Part shown: positions 1-10,789 of the stretch, piece after piece
Numbering within the stretch: the stretch's first letter is position 1
Layout: every line of letters begins with the position of its first letter
The notes under the pieces: model-generated
Database searches by the model: none
Seen by the model: only the letters and a program-made list of their open reading frames with translations
Told to the model about the DNA's origin: nothing
Position numbers and translations under genes: made by a program
DNA from: Hypanus sabinus
Lineage: Eukaryota
Length of the DNA: 64,000 bases
Reading direction: 5' to 3'
NCBI RefSeq assembly: GCF_030144855.1
Contig: NC_082731.1
Location: forward strand, 25,916,001 to 25,980,000

Positions 1-404
1 AACAGTGATTCTGCTTCAATAAGTAATTAATTGTCTGCAGAAACGTCTCTAATTTGTAAAGAAATCATGAAACCTGTTGAGTCATTGCCAATCCCCTTCG
101 TAGGTCTGAGCGTTGGATCGATTAGCAAGTCCATCAGCGCTGTATATATTTGAGTGACAATGCATGATTTGGTTCAAGCAGTATTGCCCTCAGCAGGCTC
201 GGTAAACAAAATTACCCTGCCTGCTGATCTGCACCGTGGATGCCTTCCAACACGAGTTTTCCTCAGCACTGGTTCAGCCGAGCTTGCCTGCAAACCGACT
301 GGGAAGTGAACTAGAACCAACAAAAGTACTTCTCCTAATATTTGGTGTCAGCTCCTGAGCGACCTTCATCGAAATAGGTCAAAGAATTTTCGAACACTGA
401 TTAG

Positions 405-2110
405 GGGAGCAGAATTAACTCTTTTAACTCATTGAGTCTGCTGCGCCATTTCATCATGGACTATCTATTTTTCCTCTCTGCCTCACCCACTTCCTTCCTC
501 TGGTATCTCTTCACCTCCTTCCCAATCCCGAATCGATGTACCTCTTCATTAAACATACATAAAAGTCGTCACCTCAACAGTTGCCTGGGGTAACGTATTC
601 CACAGATTCACAACTCTTCAACTAAAATAAATCCTCATCATCTCCGTTCTGAAATGACGCTAATCTGAGGCTGTCTCCGCAGGTGTCAGACATTCCCATC
701 AAAAAGAAGCATCCTTTCCACATCTACGTTGTCATAACGAATCACCATTCCATAGGTTTCGGTGAGGTCAACCATCAATTTTCTGAATTCCAGTGAATAG
801 AGACCGACAGCCAACCATATTACAAGCCGTTGATTCCTGGTATCATTTACATGAATCTTCTCAGAACCCCCTCCAGGTTCAGCACACACAATCAAAAATA
901 AGGGGGATCACATTACTCCAGGTAGAGCCTTAGCAATGCTTCATAAAGCATCAAAATAAAACCCTTCTTATTACATTCTAGTCCTCTTCAAAAGAATGCA
1001 AAAATCGCATTTTGCTTCTTCACCAAAGACTCAATCAGCAGAGTAACTTTTAAAGAATCGCGTACAAGTCTTCAATCCCTTTGCACCTCAGATCTTTGTA
1101 TTTGCTCTCTATTCAGAAAATAGTCGAGCCTTTAATTTCTTCTTCCCATGTCCTTGTTCATGCACTCCCTGACTTTGGATTTCAACTGCCACTTCTTTGC
1201 CCATCCTCATAATCTCTCCAATTCCTTGGGTAGGCTTTGTAATTCCTCAGAATTACCTGCCCTTCCTCTTACCTTCGTAACGTCTACAAACTTTACAATA
1301 AGGCCATCCATGGCATTCGCATTTTACCTAAAAATTATCGGTCCCAACGCAGACCCCTGTGAAACACTACTAATCACTGCAGCCAACCAGAAAAGGCTCC
1401 CTTTCTTCCGACTCGTTGCCTCCTGCGAACATGATACTGCTTTTCCCATGCTTGAACCTTTCCTGTAATAGCACGTGTTTGTACGTTGATAAGCAGCTTA
1501 TCTGTAGCACCTTGTCATAGTCCTTCTAAAATTCTACGTACACAATATCAAACGGTGTTCCTTTGTCTATCGTGCTTGTTATTTCTTCAGGAATTCCAAC
1601 AGATTTATCAGGCAAGGATTCCTCTTAAAGAAAGCATGCTATCAACTACCTGTTTTAGCATGTGCTTCCAAGTACCCTCAACTCACACCCTGATCAGTGG
1701 GTTACTCCAGTATGGCCTAAATATCCTATAATCTACTTTCATTTGTCTCTCTCCGCTCTCGGAGAGTGGAGTGATATTTTCAATTTCGTATTCCATCTTT
1801 TCCTTCTTAATGACTTTTTATTTCCCTCTGTTGGTGCTTAAAAGCTTCCAAATCTGCAAACTTCCCACAAGAGATTGCTCGATGATATGCTCTCATTTTA
1901 ACTATTATGTCGGCTTTGAAGACTTGCTGTTCACGGATGCGCCATCCTGCCTTTAGTAAGCCTCTTCCTGTTTTTGGTGTGCACTTTCTGTGCCGTCCGA
2001 ATTGCTACCAGTAATATTTGCCTTTGCTGCCCTGCGGTCATCCCAGTTCTTGTTATCTTCCAAACAATTCTCGCCAACTCCTCTCTCACCCCTTTGTATT
2101 TTCCTGACTA
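405..2110 (-). mobile_element. CR1-type LINE, degenerate 3' portion
   Basis: Minus-strand remnant reads LGLYSLEFRKLMVDLTETY..DNVDVERM (686-895), typical of the CR1 RT C-terminus. A CR1-like 3' tail (ccatgatgaaatggcgcagcagactc...aattctgctcc on the reverse complement) lies at ~405-460. Confidence 0.8.
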
Positions 2111-2280
2111 GTGTTTCGATCCCGTGTCAGGTGACATCTGTCCAATTACTGCTGCCTCTCATTTGGTTTCCGCAAATATTTTCTGTGTTTCAGTTTAAAT
2201 TAATTTTCGAAACCCGATACATCGTCAATCCGGTTCTGGTCACTGCCGCAGATCTGTCTACCATACAGAGGTAAACATTT

Positions 2281-2486
2281 TAGGGGAATAGAAATCTCTG
2301 CTGGGGGAAGGGACAGGAAGCTGCCACTTTGGTTTCAGCTGTTAAGAGCCTGTTCAGCAGCGACACCCTCTCTCACTCACAGTCAATATCTCTATTTAAT
2401 CAGCGCTCACTTCGATTCGCGTTATATACAGACTGAGGCTTGCACCGATCTCAAAAGTGTTAAAGTCCGACTCACGGCTCAGAACG
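2281..2486 (+). promoter_or_regulatory. Putative V-segment promoter
   Basis: Immediately 5' of the leader ATG. Contains ETS-like CAGGAAG (2314-2320), E-box CAGCTG (2336-2341), TATTTAAT (2393-2400) and TATATA (2423-2428). Only ~4 differences in ~160 bp versus copy B. Confidence 0.45.
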
Positions 2487-2938
2487 ATGGGTGTCGTTCT
2501 TTATATCTGTCTCCTCTTGTCCTGTCTTGCAGGTATGTTATCCGCGGCCTCTGGCACACCAGGGCAGTCGGCTTTTCTGCTCCTTTGAAGCCTATGTCGT
2601 TGGAACATTTTATTAATTTCTGCTCTTTATTTCTTGCCAGACGTGCGGTCCGACATCCTGCTGAAACAAACCGACTCAGCCGTGGTACAACCTGGAGAGT
2701 CGCAAACACTGACATGTGAAGTCAGTGGTGTCGATATCAGCAACTACAACACGTACTGGGTGAAAAAGGTCTCTGGGAAAGAGCTGAAAATGTTGGTATC
2801 TTATTATAATGAAAATAGCAAGTATTACGCGCCTGAAATCGAGAAACGGTTCACCGCTTCCAAGGGCAGCAGCAACATTTATCTGCAAATGAGCAGCCTG
2901 ATACTGGACGACACGGGCACATATTACTGTGCGATAGA
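2487..2938 (+). CDS. IgH-like variable gene segment V-A (germline, unrearranged): leader exon 2487-2532, intron 2533-2640, V exon 2641-2938
   Basis: Leader MGVVLYICLLLSCLA/DVRS with a GT..AG phase-1 intron of 108 bp. Mature V is DILLKQTDSAVVQPGESQTLTCEVSGVDISNYNTYWVKKVSGKELKMLVSYYNENSKYYAPEIEKRFTASKGSSNIYLQMSSLILDDTGTYYCAI, with canonical Cys, Trp and DxGxYYC. LVSYY..YYAP.I..RFTASK resembles cartilaginous-fish VH. Confidence 0.95.
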
Positions 2939-2977
2939 CACAGTGAGAGAGACTAGGACTGGATCGGGACAAAAACC
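2939..2977 (+). other. 23-spacer recombination signal sequence of V-A
   Basis: CACAGTG (2939-2945) + 23 bp + ACAAAAACC (2969-2977), perfect consensus. Confidence 0.97.
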
Positions 2978-4499
2978 CACCAAGAACACCTGCCCTTAGA
3001 GCTCTGAGGAAAAGGACAAGAAAGATCGTCACAGCTCGATGACTATTGTTCTGGACAGGTTCGGGCGTCTACGCAAGGGAAATTATGTTGTGAGAGAGGA
3101 GGTACTGAACGGTTCGACAAAGGCTTTCAGAGAATGACGTCACACGGCTGCTCGGAGAGAAGTGTCGATGGCGATGGGATCACCTATATACCCGGTCAGG
3201 TATCGGGCCTTCACACAAATGCTACGTCATAACAAAACTCCTTAAATTGGGCTTTCATGCGCGTAAACCAGCCTTTAAGCTAGGACACATCAATCAGATT
3301 CTGAGTGGGTAATCTCGGACTACGTAAAGGTTGCACTGGAGATCTGTTTGGAAGCGAACAGAACAACCGAGGAACAGTGACTCCCAGTGAGAATCAACGG
3401 ATGCCCATTGAAAGACCCCGTTTCATCATATCCTCTCCATGTCAGGACTGGGATGGCCGATATTGATGACTCATTGTGTGAAAAACCGGGGCACAGATGT
3501 GAGGATTAGGAGAGTCCCTGAGTCCGCTCGCTTAATCGAACATTCAACTGGTTTCCGACTGTATGGGATAAAGCCGGTTTGTTAGCTGTGGTAAAGCACA
3601 ATGATATGGACGACGACGTTTGGTGGGGGGTGGTCTGAACAGAAAGTGATCCCGACAAACCAGTAGTCAATCTATTTGACTTCCGCACTGTTGCTTACCA
3701 GAGTCAAATCACAGAAGCTGACTGGACTGCTATGCTAGGCAATTAAAACTACATAAGTCTTACTCTCTGTTTCTGTGGTTGGCTGAAACCGGTGTAATCC
3801 GACAGGAAAACTCTGGATAGGCCTCTTTAATCCACACGCCAGGAAGAGCCAAACTCAGGTTTTCAGATTAAAATCTAGGATGCGGCTGTTCCCGGTCCTG
3901 ACAGGGATCATGTTTACAGGCTTCGTGTTTACTGAATGTGACTGTGACAACCACGGATTCGGCAATTGCGCTCGTGAATATGCATGCGTCAGCTGATTAT
4001 TTTATTGCAATACTACTTATTTCCTTTCGTTTCGTCATAGTATTTGTAAAGGCTTGGACACAGGAACGCTTCGCTTACGGTTTTGCATTCTGCCTTGCCT
4101 GAGAAATTGGACTGCCGAGTCAACTGACTCCGAAGACTAACTCTATTTGTTTATTCTCAGTTGTTCTTTTCAGCCACAGAGTAGGTTTCGTTTTTCATTT
4201 GAGAGTTTTAGCTATCGGCCCTATTTGCCCGAACGTTCATTGTTTGAGGGTTATAGGTTAGGGTACGAGTATGAGGGCAGTGGACAAAATAACCCTCTAG
4301 TGTTTTTGGATCTCGTACTGGAGATGCTGTTCACTTTACCCTGCCACTTTGTTTTGTCCCACGTTGTCATCATCCCAACCCAACAAGTACTTCAGCAGCA
4401 CATCACTTCATAGTTGGGACAATTTATTTTTTTAACTCGGTCTGATTGTTTGCACTGATCAGAACCAGTGAACCTAGAGGACCGGCAGATTACTGTTAG

Positions 4500-6682
4500 C
4501 AGTTAGTTTGTGGGAAGGAATGTCCCAAAAGGTTCCACCAATATATAGCCCATTATCGTACATCTAATTGTGAATAGACTTTGGCAAGTAATGTTGATGA
4601 TGTTTGATTGGAAAGTATCACTGGCAGAGAAGACAGCAGAGCAGCAGTGGCTGGAATTTCTAAAATCAATTTGGAATGCAGATAATATTTACCTCCCAAA
4701 GAGGAAGTTGTGTTCTAAAGGAAAGACGACACAACTGTAACTAACAAGAGAATTCAATTTCAAAATAAAGCCAGGTGGAAGCATTTAAAGAACAAAAGTT
4801 ATTGGGAAGCTACAAGGTTTCAAAGCTTTCACATACTAGCAGAAAGCAACTTAAAAGTCATTAAGCAAGTAAAAAATGGAATACGAATGTAAGTAGCCAA
4901 TAATATGAAAAAGGATGCGTTCCTCTAAATATGTAATGTTTAATAGAGTGGCAAGAGTGGATATCGGACCGAAGCAATTCTGGAAACAGTAATGGTAAAC
5001 AACGAAATAACGGAAGAACTGAATAAGCATGTTGCATTAGTCTTCGCCGTGGATGATACTAGCAATATGGTGGAAGTTGCAGGAGTCCGCGAGCATGAAG
5101 TGTGTGAAATTAACTTAACTAGAGAGAATTTCCTAGAGAAGCTTAAAAGTCTGGGGGTAGATGGATAATTTGGACCGTATGGCTTACATCCCAGTGTTCT
5201 TGAGCAGGTTTCTGAAGAGTTTGTGGAGACATTAGGAAAGATCTTTCGGGAATCATTAGATTCCGAAATTATACCGTAAGACTGGAAAATTGGAACTGTC
5301 TTCGAAAAGGGAGAGAGGCAGAAGAAGGAAACTATAGGAGAGTTAGTCTGACCACAGTGGTTCGGAAGAAGTTGGATTCGATCATTAAGGATGAATTCTC
5401 AGGATTCTCGTAAGCACCTGATAAAATAGGTCTTTGTCAGCATGGTTTTCTGAAAGGAAAATTATGCGTGACAAATCGCCTGGAAGTATTTGAAGAATTA
5501 TCAAGCGGGAGAGGGAAAAAAAGAATCATTTGATGTTGTGAACTTGAATTTTCAGAAGTAATTTGACAAGATGCTACACATGAGTCTGCTAAACAAGCGA
5601 TGGGACTATGATATTACATGAAGGATTCTTGCATAGATAAAGGGGTGGCTAATTGACAGGAGGCAAAGTGTGGAAATAAAGTCTGCCTTTTCTTTCTACT
5701 TGCCGGTGACTAATGACGCCCTACGGACATCTGAGTTAGAACCGAATCGTTTTACGTTATATGCAATGATTTGGAGAAGCAAATAGTTTGAGAAAGTAGC
5801 GGGGCTACAGAAGCAATTAGACAGATTAGGATCAGTTGCAATGAAATAGCAGATGGAACATAGTTTTGGAAATTATATGTTCATGCACATCGGTAGAAGA
5901 AATTAAATGATTGATTATTTTATAAATGAAAAGAAAAAAAGTAAATAATGAGTTGTAAAGGGATTTGAGATTCCCTGTGCAGGATTCCTTAGCATTTAAT
6001 TTGTAGATTGAGTCTGTTGTGAGGAAAACAAATATAATGTGGGCAGGCATTTCGAGAGCATCAGAATACAAAAGCGAAGATGAAATATTGAAAATTTATA
6101 TACCACTGGTGAGGCCACACGTAGAGCATTGTGAGCAGGCTTGCGCTTCTTATCTTCGCAAGGATGATACGAAACTGTCGAGGAGTCAAAGGCAACTGAG
6201 GAAAATTATTCCGAAATGGAATCGCTTTCCATGTTAAGACAGTTGAATGGCTCTGGAACTATATTCACTAGAATTCAGAGAATGAAGTATGATCTCATTG
6301 AAACCTGTGGAATGGTGAGGGCCTTAATAAACTCGTGAAAACGATTCTTCCTCCAGCGGGAATGTCTAAAACCAGAGTACACAACATCAGAATAGAGGGC
6401 CGTCATTTTAAAATGCAGTCGGGGAGGAATTTCATCAGCCCTACAGTGATTAGTCTCTGGAAATATTTGTCAGAGGCAGTTGCGGAAGCAGAGTCATTTT
6501 TAACTAAATTTGAAGCAAAGGTTGATGGGTTCTTGATTGGTCAGGGCATGAAGTGATATAGGTGATAAGTGATAAAAGCAGCAGATTGGGCCAAGAGGAA
6601 TATAGGATCAGCCATGATGAAACGACTGAACAGATTATTTGCGCCAAATAGCCTAATTCTGCACTTTTATCTTATGGTCTTA
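4500..6682 (+). mobile_element. CR1-type LINE, degenerate RT region to 3' end
   Basis: Remnant motifs include DWKI..FEKG.RQKKE.YRRVSLTTVV, QHGFLKGK.CVTNRLEVFEE, LNFQK.FDKM.HM.LL and YIPLVRPHVEHC. The 3' tail reads gatcagccatgat...aatagcctaattctgc...cttatggtctta. Confidence 0.85.
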
Positions 6683-6960
6683 TATATAAAATTGTGGCTT
6701 GATCGCATTTTGAGAATTGCGTGTCATTCCTGTCTCATCGTCACATTGTAGGCAGGATGAGAGACTTTCGATCTGGCCCAGAAAATGTCACTGATATGTT
6801 ATCTGGATTGGAATGTATGGTGGGAGTTTAGTCAAACTAAGATTTATTTATCTTGCGCACTGCAGGCTATTGGCCGACCTGGTAGAAAACATTAAATGAA
6901 AGGTAATGATAGGGAAGATATTCAGCGTTTTCTAGCCAAGGCGGAACCGTGAAATCGCAG
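6683..6960 (+). mobile_element. Short CR1 3' fragment
   Basis: tatataaaattgtggcttgatcgcattttgag...ggcaggatg...atgttatctggattgg is a degenerate match to the CR1 LYKTLVRPHLEYC..RKDV..RMLPGL region. Confidence 0.5.
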
Positions 6961-9324
6961 TTCACATAGACTTATAATGACAGAAAGGATACCAAGGATG
7001 TTTTTAATGTCCCATTAAAAATGCAGTGAGTGCAAAGTGACTGGAAATTTAAGAAAAGTTGTTGAAGTGAATACGGTGGCAAGATGTAATAGACGATCAG
7101 AATTAGGGGGTGGGGGGCAAACACGATTGACCGCAGAAAAAATGGTTCTCTTGTCACAGAGTGAATATATACAGTTAAAGTGTAAGAACACAAAAGACCA
7201 CAAACAAAGAAAACTTCTTTAAAATAATCTACCAATAACTAAATGCAAAGATGGAAGACATGCCAGGTAAGCCAGGTTTGCTATGTTTTCAACTTTCCGA
7301 ATGTGTGAATAGGGGAAAAAAACGCAGAGAAATATCAGAGAGAGAACCATGGAGTAAAATAGATCGTGCATTCCAGCAAAGAAAACGTTGAATTCCGTCT
7401 AGCGCTGTGTTTGATCATGATCGTATGATCTGTGAATCGGAGTTATTGTGAGTAGTTGTTTTGTTCATGATGTTGTTTTGTTGTTTTGTTCATGATGTTA
7501 GATTCATGATGAATCATCACGAATGAATGGATGTTGTTTATGAATGGCCGAGCGTCACTGGAGATCAGAACCGTAATATTTTCAGCAGACAATATTCTGT
7601 TTTTGCTTTCTCTACTTTTCGGCCCTTTGAGGGGCTTGGCAAAAGTAAGCTATAGCTTATAAGTACAACCCTTGTGCTATTTATGATCATCCTTTGTCAT
7701 GCATAATTTTGATTACAGTGATACAAAGTTGCTACAACGGCATCCAGCCAATTCATATGAATACAAACCAATGCTTAGAGCATTATTCTAGCTACAGAGT
7801 CATACATTTTCGTAACTTACTGGAGAATTTGGAAGAATGATTCCTTGGAAGAGTTTTTAAAATGACTTTAATTCTGCAAACAATGTTTCATTTCTTATTT
7901 CAGGCTGGTAAAACCAACGTACGGGCATAGCAGCACGCTAATTTAACAGTTTCTTGAAAGTTTCGGAATATTCCAATGGCTATTATGTTTATTACTGCTG
8001 TTACTATTGTCTACAACTGTCTACTAGTAGCTGTCTACTACTACTGCAAAATTGATGTGGCTCCATTGAAGACTACATTCCAAATTGCGCGGATTAGGGT
8101 GGGGCGGATGCACCAGTAGCGGTTTGCCCCCTTTGGGTCAAATCTGCCACTCTGCTACTCTCTTGAATTAGGATGAAGTGCATTAAAACAATTGTTAACA
8201 TTGAGGAACTTCTTACGATGCAAAACAGGTATTTGTAAATTGTATTTAATCAGAAATCGAAGGAACCTGTGGGGTGGTATTGGATGAAATGCTTGCGGTA
8301 TACTAATAAGGAGAGAGTGCTATAATGTGGCCCTTGGGTATTTTGGTGTAGGTTTTTAAAAGTGGGTTAATGTGGTGTATACACAGAAAATACTGTGTGA
8401 TTGGATTCAAATGACCGTACAACCGAGTGAGTAAAACAATATAATGTTCAAAGGTATTATTTTGCATGCACCTGCTGACTTGGTCAAGGTGGATGGGATT
8501 GGCAGTGTAAATGCCGCATCCTGAATGTTAAAATCAATAATCACAACAGATCTTGCGCTGAAGGACACTGCCAACAACAGTGCAGAGAAACTCAATATAA
8601 ATCATTAGCCTGAAATTCATTGCCGAATTTTACAATTGAGGTAATTTCAGTTTTCCTCCAATATTCCTACAACACTACAGAAATCTATTCGACCAACCAG
8701 CTCTAGTGAAATGTAACAGTAGTTCCAGCAATATCAAAAGCCCACTCCGTTTCGCACTCAGGTGCTTTTCAAAGCGTGGCTCATGCACTATTTGTCGACA
8801 ATAGGAGTGATTGACGATGGAACGAGGTATCAAGTCATAGTCGTATAGAGCAGGGAAATCAGCCTTCGACTGCCGATGTGCATTCCAATACGCTGACCCA
8901 TCTGCATGAATATTATTTGCCGCAGTAAGGACAGCATTTCCGCGATGGCTTGCCTAAAGTCCTTGGCTGAATATCCCTGAAAAGAATTTGTTTTATCTGA
9001 CTCCACCACCTGGACTGGTTTCAAGTTCTAAATGACAAACATGCTATTTATATAGTATATGGTATTTCGGCTAGAAGAAATTGACTTTAAGAAGAAGAAG
9101 AAGCACATAGTTGCAATACTGAGCGAATAGAACGTAGGTTGCTGAAATTGAGGAATGTCACAGTACCGAATATCTGGCGGGCTGCTAATGTGTTTTTAAT
9201 TAAAAAAAAACACCGTAAGCTCCAAATGGTGCTGCTAATACGAGTGGGGAAAGGTTCTGTTTATTACTGGACGGCTAATATTGTGACTGATCACAGTCTC
9301 TTTCCCCCAGGGCAGAGTTATCTA

Positions 9325-9985
9325 AATAGTAAGCATGACATTTTTGTCGGAGGTCATGTCTGAAAAATCATTTATGTTTTTGAGGATGTGACCAAGTGGA
9401 GTAGGAGGACAACGTGAGGCACGGTGCCCATAGCCCTATGGTCAGAACGAAGAATCCAAAGTGAAATAGTAAATTGATAAAATGTTTCCTCATTGGAAGG
9501 AAGCAGAGGTTGTGATTGGATTTTACATTGGGAGTCATGTAATCAGTTCTGTTCGGCGCAGTTCAGTATTCGGTTCTCCAATATACCTGTTTGGAAGGAA
9601 ATTTGGCACCGTTACTGTTGATGCCCTACATAGTGTGGTTGTGAAAAGTGAAGAAGTTTCGTTAAGTTTACCTTAGAGCAGTCCATTGAGAAATTGAGCA
9701 AGGAAATGGCAGTTAGTACTTATTTCGATAAATTGTGAAATGGCGCATTTTGGGAAACTAGCAGATATACGAAATGAATATCAGTGCACTGGAAGGTAAT
9801 TAGATAACTATATATTGGAATCATAATTCCGTAAAAGAGACGACTCAGGCAAACATTTGGACAGGTACATGAGGAGAAAATGTTTGGAGGGAAATGGGAC
9901 AAACACAGACAAACTGAATTGGTTTAAAGTACATGTGGATCTGTATAAACGAGACGGGCCGAAGAGCTTGTCTCCGCCATAAATA
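9325..9985 (+). mobile_element. CR1 fragments
   Basis: gtaagcatgacatttttgtcggaggtcatgtctgaaaaatc..tttgaggatgtgaccaag (QHGFV.GRSCL.N..F.EDVTK-like), plus a CR1-like 3' tail ending gggccgaagagcttgtctccg. Confidence 0.6.
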
Positions 9986-10235
9986 ACCGTGAGCTCATAA
10001 ATGTAAAGTTAAAAGGACAAATGGGCTTTTGCGGCAGAATCATATTTCTCTGATTCAATAAGAGTATTATTTATATTGCATTATATTACTAGATAACTAT
10101 GCCTTGAATGTGCAGGTTTACCTTAAGATGCAAATTATACAGATGTATCATTGTTTTCCTTAAAGCTCCTTTGAATAGAGCAACTATTTGAGACTCTGAG
10201 CCCGAGCATTAACAGTAGGTGCTCCTTAGCTACAG

Positions 10236-10530
10236 ATAGAGAATGCTGGAGGATCTCATTAGGCCAGGCAGCAGCGATTGTAGAGAGTACAGTCAACGTT
10301 TCTGCTGAAGAGAATCGGTGCGTAACCACGACTGCACACTGCTGCCTGGCCTCTGAAGATCCCCGAGTATTTTGTGTGCTCCTTGGATTTCTATCACATG
10401 CAGATTTTCTCTCATTTTGTAATTTCCTTTGCTTCACTGCGGTGTTCTGAAGGAAGATAATTCTATGAATTACTTTGACACTACTGTTAAGACCTCATTT
10501 GGCAGTGATACTACGTTGGCGGACTTGTTT
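10236..10530 (+). pseudogene. Candidate decayed TCR-type constant (C1-set) exon, copy A
   Basis: 295 bp block between a possible acceptor (ctccttagctacAG, ends 10235) and a perfect GTAAGT donor (10531). It contains STVNVS...TTTAHCCLASE-DPR, resembling the C-domain B-strand CLxxDFYPK. It is frameshifted, has no clear second Cys, and was recognised by eye only. Confidence 0.25.
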
Positions 10531-10789
10531 GTAAGTTTCAATTCAGTATGTTTATGTTTGAAGTCATTTTCTAACACCATCAGAATACAACACTCCTTCT
10601 GGAGCAAAATTACAGCATTTCAGCTGACATTTGTTTTATCAGTTCGTGCAAAGATTTAAAATTCACTGACAGATCGCGATGAGAAAATAGGGTAAGAGTC
10701 AATTCGCAAATTTTTTACTAACTCATTCTTACTCCAGAGGAGGAAGCTGATATTTGGAGACAGCACGCAGCTGCCAGTTGTGCCAAGTG

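Noticed and set aside
3584-3603. agctgtg-gtaaag-cacaatg as a D segment
   Set aside because: No nonamers, and the 3' heptamer is not conserved in copy B (caccatg).
8437-8523. ADLVKVDGIGSVNA, helix-hairpin-helix-like peptide
   Set aside because: Only ~26 codons with a stop in both copies and no splice context; likely chance.
8681-8960. Leaderless 'supporting V' on the plus strand after a cag acceptor (NAR-TCR-like expectation)
   Set aside because: Only scattered hints (TQPALVK, MH..RQ). Multiple stops, no YYC and no RSS.
10128-10135. Ig octamer ATGCAAAT
   Set aside because: Far from any V leader and not conserved in copy B (ATGCAAAC).
10135-10437. Minus-strand ORF conserved in both copies (..LMLGLRVSNSC..), 9 of 15 changes silent
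   Set aside because: Its third positions coincide with those of the plus-strand constant-like frame, which explains much of the bias. It has no start or acceptor in copy B and no recognisable domain. GLRV is not followed by a TCR TM pattern. Kept only as an alternative reading.
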